Assembly (NCBI RefSeq): GCF_001194135.2
Contig: NC_068988.1
Location: forward strand, 65,837,493 to 65,877,513
DNA: 40,021 nucleotides
Direction: 5' to 3'
Source of the DNA: Octopus bimaculoides
Lineage: Eukaryota
Shown here: piece after piece, positions 1 through 12,462 of the stretch
How the letters are laid out: the number at the start of each line of letters is the position of its first letter
Position numbering within the stretch: position 1 is the stretch's first letter
The notes under the pieces: model-generated
Database searches by the model: none
What the model was told of the DNA's origin: nothing
Seen by the model: the letters and a program-made list of their open reading frames with translations, nothing else
Position numbers and translations under genes: made by a program

Positions 1-33
<33 letters not shown>

Positions 34-38
34 CCACC

Positions 39-105
39 AGACTCACGGTGGTGCACCAGCATAACCGCAGCCACTTGGCTGAAACACATAAATAAATAAA
101 TAAAT
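39..105 (+). mobile_element. 3' end fragment of tRNA-type SINE family 3 with (AAAT)n tail
   Basis: ggtggtgcaccagcataaccgcagccacttggctgaaac resembles the 3' end of the 33560-33902 copy read on the minus strand. Confidence 0.55.
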
Positions 106-571
106 ACCGTATATACATATATATATATGTGTGTGTGTATGTGTGTATGGGTGCGTGTGTGCCTGTATGTGTTAATATATGTATTTGTGTGTGTGTTAAA
201 ATTTTATGCTTAAACTTTTAAGGTTATGTCGAATGGAATTGTCTCGATTGCTTGCCTTCATATGTGTATCTGTATTTCTGTATGTAAACAGCTATAAATG
301 TACCTTTATTCATTTACATCGAATTATGCACATATGTCCAAAGCTATATATCATGCACGCGTGTGTATGCGCATATATATATATATATCATATGTTATGT
401 ATATATATCCAACTTTATTATATATTCACACGCATGTATGCAAGTGTGTGTGTAGAAAAAATGCGTACATAATTTTATTTCTCTCAAAATAATATTTGTG
501 TATATTTATGTTCATACGGGAATATACTTAATTTACATATTTATACCAGTTACAATGACTCATATAGCACA

Positions 572-580
572 TACAAACAC

Positions 581-620
<40 letters not shown>

Positions 621-640
621 ACACACATACACACACACAC
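572..640. repeat. (CA)n microsatellite
   Basis: Direct reading; runs into the gap. Confidence 0.97.
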
Positions 641-1660
641 NNNNNNNNNNNNNNNNNNNNNNNNNNNNNNNNNNNNNNNNNNNNNNNNNNNNNNNNNNNN
701 NNNNNNNNNNNNNNNNNNNNNNNNNNNNNNNNNNNNNNNNNNNNNNNNNNNNNNNNNNNNNNNNNNNNNNNNNNNNNNNNNNNNNNNNNNNNNNNNNNNN
801 NNNNNNNNNNNNNNNNNNNNNNNNNNNNNNNNNNNNNNNNNNNNNNNNNNNNNNNNNNNNNNNNNNNNNNNNNNNNNNNNNNNNNNNNNNNNNNNNNNNN
901 NNNNNNNNNNNNNNNNNNNNNNNNNNNNNNNNNNNNNNNNNNNNNNNNNNNNNNNNNNNNNNNNNNNNNNNNNNNNNNNNNNNNNNNNNNNNNNNNNNNN
1001 NNNNNNNNNNNNNNNNNNNNNNNNNNNNNNNNNNNNNNNNNNNNNNNNNNNNNNNNNNNNNNNNNNNNNNNNNNNNNNNNNNNNNNNNNNNNNNNNNNNN
1101 NNNNNNNNNNNNNNNNNNNNNNNNNNNNNNNNNNNNNNNNNNNNNNNNNNNNNNNNNNNNNNNNNNNNNNNNNNNNNNNNNNNNNNNNNNNNNNNNNNNN
1201 NNNNNNNNNNNNNNNNNNNNNNNNNNNNNNNNNNNNNNNNNNNNNNNNNNNNNNNNNNNNNNNNNNNNNNNNNNNNNNNNNNNNNNNNNNNNNNNNNNNN
1301 NNNNNNNNNNNNNNNNNNNNNNNNNNNNNNNNNNNNNNNNNNNNNNNNNNNNNNNNNNNNNNNNNNNNNNNNNNNNNNNNNNNNNNNNNNNNNNNNNNNN
1401 NNNNNNNNNNNNNNNNNNNNNNNNNNNNNNNNNNNNNNNNNNNNNNNNNNNNNNNNNNNNNNNNNNNNNNNNNNNNNNNNNNNNNNNNNNNNNNNNNNNN
1501 NNNNNNNNNNNNNNNNNNNNNNNNNNNNNNNNNNNNNTATATATATATATATATATATATATATCGCACACATATACTGGCAAGCACGTACACACATATG
1601 TACACTTTTGTATCACTAATTTTTGTTTTCAATTAATATATGTTCACTAGATAAATTACT

Positions 1661-1679
1661 CCTTTCGTTTGCACTTTAG
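1661..1679 (+). promoter_or_regulatory. Probable 3' splice acceptor upstream of the start codon (implies a non-coding upstream exon)
   Basis: Pyrimidine tract cctttcgtttgcactttAG ends 18 nt before the ATG. Confidence 0.5.
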
Positions 1680-1696
1680 ACAAATGAGAAGTAGAG

Positions 1697-2447
1697 ATGG
1701 TACCTAGAAGGAATTCCCACGTGCTTGTTGCTTCAATATTATTCACTTTCATTTGGGACGACGTTCACCGAGTTATAGGAAGAATAAATGGTGAACTTCT
1801 GGCAAAACACACTGGATACAAAAGGGGTAATGTCGTAAAAATTGGTCTGATTCTTCCAACGAATTCATCTTATCCATGGTCATTACAAAGGACAAGGCCT
1901 GCTGTAGAATATGCCATCGAAACTGCTAGAAACCAGTTAAAATTACTTCCGGCTTATGATCTCGAAGTAAGTGTCAATGACTCAGAATGTTCCGACATTA
2001 CCGCCCCACTAGCTGCATTTGATATGTATGCACGATCTAGAGCAAACGTTTTTATTGGGCCATGTTGTGACTATGCTATGGCTCCTATCGCTCGATTCTC
2101 ACCAGTCTGGGGAATTCCTGTGATCAGTGCCGGAGCTCATATAGATGCTTTCAAAAACAAAAATGAGTACAAATTACTAACTCGCATCCAAGGAACTTAC
2201 GAGAAATACGGTCAATTTTTCTTCTCAATGGCGCGCTATTTCAACTGGACAAATATCGGTATGATTTACAATGATAACATTTATGACCCTAATATGGGAA
2301 GATCAAACTGTTATTTCCAAATACAACCAATTTACCAATTATGGGTCACTTACCATCAAAATGAAGTCTGGCATGTGGTAATTGATGAGCGAGATCCAGA
2401 GATCAACCTACGTAAAATACTTTCGGATGCTTCGCTGTACACAAGAC
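1697..2447 (+). CDS. NPR1-like: First coding exon of a natriuretic peptide receptor-like protein (signal peptide plus N-terminal part of the ANF-receptor ligand-binding domain). Cyclase versus clearance type cannot be told from this exon.
   Basis: The ORF has an N-terminal hydrophobic stretch (VLVASILFTFIW) and family motifs DSECSDITAPLAAFDM, FIGPCCDYAMAPIARFSPVWGIPVISAGA, YKLLTRIQGTYEKYG and SNCYFQIQPIY. These match NPR1/NPR3 (CSDTAAPLAAVDL; GPxCxYAAAPVxRxxxHWxxPxLxAGA; NCYFTLEGV) as I recall them. An in-frame TGA at 1685-1687 fixes the start, and the ATG context is strong (gagATGg). The exon ends at AGAC|GTGAGT (phase 1). Orthology is uncertain. Confidence 0.93.
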
Positions 2448-2453
2448 GTGAGT
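2448..2453 (+). promoter_or_regulatory. 5' splice donor GTGAGT ending the NPR-like exon
   Basis: Consensus donor sequence. The ORF hits TAA three codons later (2456), followed by microsatellite DNA. The position corresponds to the exon1/exon2 boundary of vertebrate NPR genes as I recall it. Confidence 0.88.
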
Positions 2454-2961
2454 ATTAAAATATACATACATATACACATTAACGCATATATATATATATA
2501 TATANNNNNNNNNNNNNNNNNNNNNNNNNNNNNNNNNNNNNNNNNNNNNNNNNNNNNNNNNNNNNNNNNNNNNNNNNNNNNNNNNNNNNNNNNNNNNNNN
2601 NNNNNNNNNNNNNNNNNNNNNNNNNNNNNNNNNNNNNNNNNNNNNNNNNNNNNNNNNNNNNNNNNNNNNNNNNNNNNNNNNNNNNNNNNNNNNNNNNNNN
2701 NNNNNNNNNNNNNNNNNNNNNNNNNNNNNNNNNNNNNNNNNNNNNNNNNNNNNNNNNNNNNNNNNNNNNNNNNNNNNNNTATATGTATATATATATGTAT
2801 ATATATATGTATGTATGTATATGTATGTTTGTATATATTTGCATGATTTTAAAATTTGATGATTGTTTGCATTCAGAATTTCTTTTATACGCATTTACTT
2901 GTCTACTTCCAAAGTTTATTAAACAAAAATATATGAATGCATATGCGCATACATACATGCA

Positions 2962-2995
<34 letters not shown>

Positions 2996-3840
2996 CAAAC
3001 ACACACACATACACACACAGAAAGACATAAATGTATGTCTGCATGTGTCTATAATAATCATATGTATTAAATACAAATCATATATTGTACATAAGTATAT
3101 ATCTGCATGTACAATATAAGTATTATTATATATAGATATAATATAAAATTTATATTAAGATAACGGCCATAGAACACTGTCCATCCGTCAAACACTATAT
3201 ACTGGAATCAAATTTATTTTCAAATAACTTCTTGCAGAAACGATATAGAAATGTAAAATTATTCAACTGTTCGATTGAATTTATTTTTGAAATATACGAA
3301 AATTAAAAATCCGTGTTATATTCTTTAGACAAAATTATCTTTGTCTTACTACCAAGCGAAAAAAGGCATTAAATATTTTATTTTCATGTACAGTTATAGA
3401 ATATGTGATTGCAGGGAAATAGATACACACACACACACACACAGATATACACACACACAGACACACAGATACACACACACACACACACACACAGACACAC
3501 ATACACACATGCTACCACCCCCATACAACCACAAACACACACACAGACACATCTTGTATCTTTTAATTTCGTATCCACTGATGAGATATGAATATTAAAA
3601 TTCATCTAATCACATACATTATATATATTATTAATCAGTAAAATACTTCTATCTTCGCAGCGCCTATATCGTTCAGCCCTAAATTACGATGGTGTAATAA
3701 TTTCTGTTTCGCTCCAATGAAAAAAGAAATGTATACTCTGCCTTTATACTCTTCTGAATTAAGCACTTCTAATTTATGATGCTTACTCAAATGTGCGCGC
3801 TCTTTCGAGCACGCGTATGTATATATGTCTTATTTGAACG

Positions 3841-3885
<45 letters not shown>

Positions 3886-4224
3886 TGTTACCAGGAATAT
3901 TCTCCTGGCAATTTCTGCTGTGGTACTGAAATTACCAACGGAAAGGAACCGTAAAGCTCCAAAATATCAAAATTTGCCACAATCAATTTGTATGATTGGA
4001 AATATCTTTACAAAGCGTGGTTAACAATCGAGGTTAGTATTACAGAGACATGAATATTAAAATGGAAAACAATCTCTGAAATATAACAAAATTACAGTTT
4101 TTCTGTGTAAATTGCCTTAAAAGAGATCTCAGTAAGCAAGAAATAAATTCAAGTTCATGGCACTCTCATATGTATGTGTGTGTATCAGTATGTGTGTATG
4201 TATATGTGTATATCTACATATATG

Positions 4225-4742
4225 TAAAGAGGAAAACAATTAGTTTTCAATCTCTGAGCGAGAAATAAACAGTAACATTACTACAGAGTTAAGTTTATTT
4301 GGCAACGTAAATTGGCAGTCCTGATTAGAATGATAATAGTACCTTTTTTAGCCCCAGCAAAACATCTTTTCTAGCTGGCTACCGACACAACTGTGTCCTT
4401 ATACCTCGAACAAAGGAGCTATTGTCCCCAATCAGGCTCAGACGGTACCTGTGGACCTTGATTTCTGGGTTATTCCCCTTCATCGGCTAGAGATAGCAGC
4501 CTAGGCCTTGTTACAGCTATATACCTTTAAACTGATACACATCACTGACCTCATAAAGAGGAAAACAGTTTTAAATCTCTGAGCGAGATGTAAGCAGTAA
4601 CAGTACTACAGAGATTCTTTTCTTTCCATTTTAATTTTCATGTCTTTGTAACCAGCTGGAAAACATGTTTTCCTGGGACTAACAATGATAAAATGATAGT
4701 AACATCGTCCTAATCAGGAATGCCTATTTACGTTGGCAAATA
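4225..4742 (-). mobile_element. Small non-autonomous element with a direct repeat, an inverted repeat and a hammerhead relic (Penelope/retrozyme-like)
   Basis: Direct repeat 4225-4288 / 4554-4613. Inverted repeat 4296-4383 / 4648-4742 (about 80% identical by eye). HHR-like core at 4454-4486. Confidence 0.6.
4454..4492 (-). ncRNA. Degenerate hammerhead ribozyme relic (short stem II class)
   Basis: Minus strand reads CCGAUGA-A-GGG(GAAUAA)CCC-A-GAA-AUCAAGGU-C. U4 is mutated to C, helix III is imperfect, and stem I is lost. Confidence 0.4.
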
Positions 4743-5494
4743 GATTTTACTCTACATATATGCATGCATATATCTGTACTATATATATATATATATATAC
4801 TGATGCATATATGCATACATATATCTATACTATATATATATATATATATATATATGCTTACATACATATATCTACATGCATACAAACACACACATACACA
4901 TAAACAGACATACACAAGAAAACAGAAAGGAATAAAGGGAATCAAAACATACCCTTTTTCTTTTTATTTTACCTGCCTCCTCCCACATTTTCTAAACTTA
5001 CACGTAGATACGCCTACATGCACATTTAGTACTCCTTGCTGTAAACACGTTCGCGCACAGCAATATACGTTCCTTAATTGATAATTTGCACCAGTTTCTA
5101 TAATTCTTCCCCATTCTCTCTCTTGCATTCTATTTCTAATAATATCCCATTTCTTCAAGCATCCTTTTTCTCCCCTTGGCCACATGTTTTCCCACCCTTT
5201 TCCATACACATTATCCATTTTTCAAATACTACATCCCTTGCAAATCTCTATGACTCGGCCAAAATAGCCCTATTGAAAACTACCGACCAAATGACATTGC
5301 TTAAATTACTGAACTCTCCCACTTCCTAATGTTTTTATTCCTTTTATGCTTTTCTATTTTCTTTTTTATATTCCTAATTTTCCTCATGTATATTCTACAC
5401 TTTTACCGTGGTCTGTTTATACTCTGATCGAATCTTCCATGTGTTAACATGTAACTCCTTGTGACAATGTAAACTCTCATTTAATCAGAATATC

Positions 5495-5584
5495 CTTGGC
5501 CTGCCGAGTAGCCTGCAGTATAAAGCTCGCTTGGATATATACCACTTCCGAGGTTCCGTTCGCTATGAAACACATATAGCCCAG
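5495..5584 (+). ncRNA. Type I hammerhead ribozyme relic (long stem II class)
   Basis: CUUGGC-CUGCCGA-GUAGC...GCUAU-GAA-ACACAUAU-A-GCCCAG. Stem I pairs 5/6 and stem II closes with 5 bp. Helix III is two transitions from the ACAUAUGU palindrome of the 19k/32k copies. The core carries A6C. A CT-rich tract precedes it (~4955-5400). Confidence 0.62.
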
Positions 5585-5617
5585 ATTTTATCTACTCCAT
5601 TCCTTAACCCTTGTATG

Positions 5618-5659
<42 letters not shown>

Positions 5660-7219
5660 GTTTAGGACAGTCAGTTGTCATAATAATACTCGGAGTTTCA
5701 AATGCACCGGACACACTCATTCAATCCTATGCATACATACACGCGTACACATATATACACACGCACACACATACACATTCAATATATACATACATATACG
5801 TATACTCATACACGTACACATTCACACAATTAAAAAAGAAAAAAATTGTAAAATATATATGAAACAGTAAAAATGTTAAGACATGGAAATCTTGTGCAGG
5901 AACATAGTAAAAATGCGGATTGTATGCGTGATCTTGGGGGCCCAAAACCGAAACAGGTATTTTGTCATATGTGGACAAAAAGTTCAGTTCTTGAATTTAG
6001 ACATGTAGCGGGGTCCATGGAACTTTTCCAGATGAGCCATCTTTCTGCACTTGTGTGTATGTGCATGTACATATACATGTTTGTGTGAGTGTGTACGTAT
6101 GTAGACCTTATGAACGCAGGACGTTTTGTTTTCTATGTATTGTGAGAATATGGTTGCTTGTATTTTTTTAATCTTTTATATTTTTTTCTATCTATTAGAG
6201 TAACTTTCCTTTTATTGAACCATTTTTCATAGCGTCTATTGCTCTGAGACTACTGCACCGTAGATCTTAGCTCTGGCAATTGAAACTCCGAGCACTATTA
6301 TGACAACTTACTGATTGTCCTAAACTATACATATGTAAATAATCCTCTATTTACCTAATATCAAGGTCTCAATCTTTTGTTGTCACATATTATCATTATA
6401 TATATATATATATATNNNNNNNNNNNNNNNNNNNNNNNNNNNNNNNNNNNNNNNNNNNNNNNNNNNNNNNNNNNNNNNNNNNNNNNNNNNNNNNNNNNNN
6501 NNNNNNNNNNNNNNNNNNNNNNNNNNNNNNNNNNNNNNNNNNNNNNNNNNNNNNNNNNNNNNNNNNNNNNNNNNNNNNNNNNNNNNNNNNNNNNNNNNNN
6601 NNNNNNNNNNNNNNNNNNNNNNNNNNNNNNNNNNNNGTATATATATATGCACACACAACACTCACATATGTGCGCGCGCGCGCGCGCGTGTGTGTGTGTG
6701 TGTCTGTGTGCGAAACTTTAATAGCATTCCGTAATGTTAATTAAAATTTGATGTCAGAATATCATTACTCTGCAACTTATTAGCCAGCAGCTATATTTTC
6801 CATTTAATTTTCGCTTTGACTGAATTTGATTTGATATTACTTACAATTTTTAAGACTTTAGCGAGGAAATGAAATGGAATAGTTTTTGTAAATAACGATT
6901 AGCAAGTGAATATTTGCTACGTGGCCTGGCAGTACATTTTTGTATTTTAGAATGATAGCGCTAAATTAAGGATTAATCTCTTTCTACCGCTTTCTTGCTT
7001 TGTCATTCATGTGGGTGCACGCATATGTGTGTATAGGCATGACTCTTCTGTTTTTAATCGTTTAAATTCTTCTTCTAAAGGAGGATTTGGTTTGTAAGAA
7101 AGATACAAAGCTCTATCTTTGGAATGTGGATAACGGAAACAGCGTTACCTTTTAAACCTGAGAAAAGTCTTGCATAGTTTTACTGTTCTGCTTAGCAATT
7201 GTATGTGCGNNNNNNNNNN

Positions 7220-7289
<70 letters not shown>
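7220..7289. repeat. (CT)n microsatellite
   Basis: Direct reading. Confidence 0.97.
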
Positions 7290-7400
7290 ATTTTCATCGT
7301 TCGACATTTACTTCTCAAAGCATCTGACGTCAACAAACACCGGTTAACCAAAAACGAACGTTGAATCAAAACAAACCATGGAAAGCACGAAGTAACGACA

Positions 7401-8605
7401 TCACTGAAAAATATTCCTATTTCACCAGGAGAAGTATAAATAAAACATTTTAAGCATGTCGACATTAATCATATCGATAAAACAGAAAATATTCCGAGGA
7501 GAATGAAATGGAAGGCCTATTTTTTCGATAAAGATACGTGCAGTCCTCATGCAGAGGACAATCAGAGTTTCAGAACTTATAAAAAGCCACCACATATTAA
7601 AGACCTTGAAAAATCTGAAGACGTTCTTATAAAGTTAGTTAGAAATGTAAAATTCAACGATAAGTGCAACAAGTTGCAACACATATTGCGAACATACGTC
7701 GAATCTTTCAAAACATCAACAAGCATGTTTATTAAAGCAGATAAAACAAAACATATCTATGAAGTAAACACCTAAACACACAATAAATTACTAACCGACA
7801 ACATAACTAAAACATGCAAGGAAACAAACCCCATCACTTATAAATCAATTAATGTACAAGCAAAACATTTAGCCACAAATTTTAAAATAGAAGACAAAGT
7901 AGGAAGGCTTATCCCACTAAATCCTTTTATAATTTTGAATGACCATAAAAGTAAGTTCACGCAAAATCTAGCTATAGATTAATAAATCCTACAAAAAGTG
8001 AAATAGGAATAATTAGTAAATCCATATTAGATAATATTATACGACATATCAGAGTACACTCAAATCTTACTTAAATTATATGCAGTAGTACAACTATTGA
8101 ATGGTTTAAGAAAATATAGGATAAACGAAATTGCAAATTTATACAATTCGAAAGCTTGCTTCAGAAGACACTTGAATTTAGAAAGACAAATGTCACTATA
8201 ACAAAAACTGATATAGATATAATTATGAACGCAAAGAAGTCATTACTCTTTAATGATAGTTCCTATTTGGTAAAAAAGAATGGAGACGAGTTATTTGACG
8301 TGGCAATGGGGAGTGATGACGGTACAGAGATAGCTGACCTTGTAGGCCTTTATGTTCTAGATGCCCTAAGAAAAGAAATAAAACAAGTTTACAGAGGTTT
8401 ATATAGGGACGATGGCCCAGAAGTAGTATACAATGAAATCAAGCATATGGTGAAACTAAGGAAAACATTATGCAAAATATTTAGCCAATTAGGCCTAAGA
8501 ACCACACTTCCTAGACATTATCATAAATCTTAACACAGGAATATTTAAACCCTACCACAAACCAAATGAGGAAGTCTAGTACATAGACATAAGTTCCAAC
8601 CACAA
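7401..8605 (+). mobile_element. Decayed Penelope-like retroelement, reverse transcriptase region (stops and frameshifts)
   Basis: Translated fragments SLKNIP, IDKTENIPRRMKWKAYFF, FIKADKTKHIYE, RLINPTKSEIGIISKSILD, FDVAMGSDDGTEIADLVGLYVL, GLYRDDG and KPNEEVxYIDISSNH are characteristic of PLE RTs (YRDD active site; HP-preceding thumb motif). Confidence 0.85.
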
Positions 8606-9164
8606 ACACCCCTGAAAGATCCATCTGCAAATCCACAAATGGAAAATTATTACTAAAACCAAAAAATTCAGAGGATGGGGTACCAAATGTTAACTCTGTA
8701 TTACTGAAAAATTAAACACTATACAATCAACAAACAACGCCCTAAATATTAGAGATGAAACCTCTCCCTGCATACACAAGCAATATTTTACATTCAAATA
8801 TTTCTAAGAAGAGCCACTATCTGCAACAGTAATCCCAACAGGATAGCTCCTTTCCTAAATGTGAAATCTGAACAGGCATAGCGCACAAACTCCACATACA
8901 GAAGAAACATGCCACAATGACGAACTACATCAGTACACAAGCATAAGAACACTATGCCCAGAACAAAAACAAAATAATGACAATTGACCACGCAACAATT
9001 TTTCCAAAAGACAAATTCACCCATGCCACCCAAGAGTAATTTCCCTTTGTTCATGGATTCATTGTTATATTCACGTGAATTCACGAGAATTTCCGTGAAC
9101 TAAACGAGGCTGTCTTTTCCAAAATGGAGGCGAACACCTCTTTTCATGTGAAGGCTTTTGGCAT

Positions 9165-9400
9165 AAAATTTTGTGCTTACAATCGTCAGCTCGTAGTTTA
9201 GATTCTCGGACGGGTAGTGTGTTGTGTTCTTGAGCAAGGTATTTCATTTCAATCATCTCTAGTAAATAACTTACCCTTCGACTAAATGGTGTTCTGTTTT
9301 AGTGGGACTTCGGCCATTTATACGTCATAAAACTATGTAACCGACTAAAGGATACGAAGCATTTATTTCCAGGGGTCTTGTTACTTTTTACTTCCTTCAG
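9165..9400 (+). mobile_element. Degenerate tRNA-type SINE (CORE-like central motif)
   Basis: Decayed B-box-like tagtttagattc followed by gtgttgtgttcttgagcaaggtatttcatttc. Recognised by resemblance only. Confidence 0.35.
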
Positions 9401-12400
9401 AAATTTAGCTAGATACATCGCCCTCACAGCTGTATATACTCTTACACACATATAACCGCACAAACCTAAGTACATATATGTATATAAATGCTTCACTAGA
9501 CATACGAGTCTTTACTCTCGCACACACACCTGAATGTCAACAACCCTTCACACGCATGACAGTATAGACATTTGCCGAAATGCACACAACTGCACAAACA
9601 CATAGGCAGTCACCACATGTACACCATTGTAAGTCTGTATTTCTATTTCCTACACAACTTACATTCCCGGGTAACTCATTCAAGTACAATGTCATACAGG
9701 TACACACGCCTATACTTAAGTAACACATTATTGCTCAGACAAATCCCGCGATTCTACAGAATTTTATATTTTTTTCTTAATGTCACAGTAGCCTGAAGAT
9801 TTCTGTTTCCCTTTTCTTCTATGTAACACATGTTGAATCATATTCAGTCTTATACCAGTGTTTACATACATACATACATGCATGCATGCATCTATCCATC
9901 CACTCATACATATATATGTATAAATATATGTATGTACATATATGTATATATNNNNNNNNNNNNNNNNNNNNNNNNNNNNNNNNNNNNNNNNNNNNNNNNN
10001 NNNNNNNNNNNNNNNNNNNNNNNNNNNNNNNNNNNNNNNNNNNNNNNNNNNNNNNNNNNNNNNNNNNNNNNNNNNNNNNNNNNNNNNNNNNNNNNNNNNN
10101 NNNNNNNNNNNNNNNNNNNNNNNNNNNNNNNNNNNNNNNNNNNNNNNNNNNNNNNNNNNNNNNNNNNNNNNNNNNNNNNNNNNNNNNNNNNNNNNNNNNN
10201 NNNNNNNNNNNNNNNNNNNNNNNNNNNNNNNNNNNNNNNNNNNNNNNNNNNNNNNNNNNNNNNNNNNNNNNNNNNNNNNNNNNNNNNNNNNNNNNNNNNN
10301 NNNNNNNNNNNNNNNNNNNNNNNNNNNNNNNNNNNNNNNNNNNNTATGCGTGCGACACACACGCGTATGTGAGTATGACAGTGTGTTTAAAATGAACGCA
10401 GTTAAACTCCTGTTAATTGACATAAAAAAACAATAAACAATGGAACTGAGTTGAAATTTAACAGCTAAAGTTAGAAAACTTAATAAAGATAATTGAGATA
10501 CCACACCTGAATTTATAAAAATTTGCGAATTTCTCACGTACATGAAATCTTTCATAAATAACGAAAAATTCGTGTATATCACAATTTTGTTTAAAATGTA
10601 CAGAGGTTGATAAAAGCTAATGGAAATGCTTTCAATATAAGAGGAACTTGTATGAAGGGAAATTACACACATTGAACATTCTCTTGAACTTTGATAGCTT
10701 TGGATCTGAGATCATTTCTATCTGTGGACATTTGACAAGTTTAACATTTCCTATCCACAGTGAATACGTTTAATTTAGTGTTATATTAGAACAGAATTTA
10801 AAAATGTGTGTTTTATCTAAAGGGATTCTTGCAGTACTCTTTATACACGGCTATATTTTATTTATGTCTATGAAATAGGGTTGGCATGTGTGTGGGTTAG
10901 AAAATTTGTTTTACAACTAATAGTATCGAGTTCAAGTTCATTGTGCCCCTCTTTTGGAAGAGGGGTGCTCTCGGAGTGCCCAAATGGTTGTGAATAAAAT
11001 TTGGCGAAATGCAATGGATGAGAATTCTTCTAAAATATTTTTCTCTGCTTGGCTGGTAGATCTAACCCCTCACACAGAATACCACTGCTGTGTTATTCGG
11101 GAATACATTTAGTAAGGTCAATCTTATGGCAAGCATTTGGGGTGTTAGTCATCAGTCTTCAATATAGCATCTTCCTATTTTCCCACCATTCTTAGGGACA
11201 CTGAAAAGTGTGATGAATGCTGTCCTTTGAGAATCCTTGTAAAATATTTAACAATTAAAACATGATTCCTCAAGATATTGGTAAACCTGGCAATATTAGT
11301 TGTTAACTTTGGCAGAAAGACTAGATGGCAGTTACATTCGATTAACTTAACAATAGTTGATGCCCTATAGTTATTTCATGAAACGTAGCAAGCAGAAAGG
11401 CAAAGTTGACTGTTTAGATTTGTAATAAGAAACGTTAGGGATCAGTAAATACTGTAAATCATTTGAATTAGCACCAATCGATTCTAGTATGACCTCATTT
11501 TCCCTTAAAATTGTGCTAAATGTTATAGTGAAGGACTTTAGATGGTATAAAGAGGGGAAATGCCGACTGAATGATATATTTGTTGACAGTGGACGATCTC
11601 AACTGAAGAGAGGTAGGCTAAATTTTACAATTGTGGACTTTAGATGACGAAAGGGTAAAGAGGTTACCTAAATGTTAAAAACCGAGAACTGCAGATTGTG
11701 TAACTGTTACAACGAGGACTTTAGACGTGTAGATGTAAATGCTAATTTTAAAATGTTCATTTCCAATGATGTGGTTAGTAATCTCACAAATCCTATTCTT
11801 ACCAATTTATTTCATCTCTTGATCATTGTTTAGCTTTATTAGTATTCATACTAATTTCAAACTCTGATAAAATCGAAGTTGACAATCAAACCCCCACAAT
11901 CAATAAAAGTAGTACTAGTTTCAAATGCATTCAGATAGCTATATTCAAATACAGTCATAAAAATATGACTTTTGTGCCAGAGTAAGAGAATAATGCTTAG
12001 ATGCACACAGATAACATCCTATCCAGTTGAGAAATCATTTATCATTCTAGTTATGGTGTAATAACATAAAAATATATATTTAAATGTATATCTTCCATGT
12101 TTTCTGCTGCGTAATAACTGAAAAATCTATGTATATCTTCCAGTTTGTCTCTCGACCTTCTAAAAATTCTGCATCCTATTACAATTTATCGTGTTGTAAA
12201 GGAGAAAGACATTGCGTAATGCTTGTCCTAGATATACCATACTTTAACAAAAAGATGAGATGGTCACGGCGAGGATACCATTAATCACTGATCGGGATTA
12301 AACAGAAACAGTAATTTAGCTATGTCTTCAAAATCTCTGGTTTCGTTACAATAATAACTTGTTTAGCGATTATCTATTTTGATGAACGTTGCATACTCTA

Positions 12401-12462
12401 AATTTACAACATTGATCTAAAGTTTTTAAATACAAATAGGTCATAAATTATAATACCATAAT

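Noticed and set aside
6240-6294. TGCTC/GAGCA inverted repeat around CTGAGAC...GAAACTCC, hammerhead-like
   Set aside because: The core is one base short, there is no stem II, and no UH directly precedes stem I.
7316-7370. CTGACG...GAACGTT at the 5' side of the Penelope relic
   Set aside because: No stem I or properly placed stem II; too degenerate.
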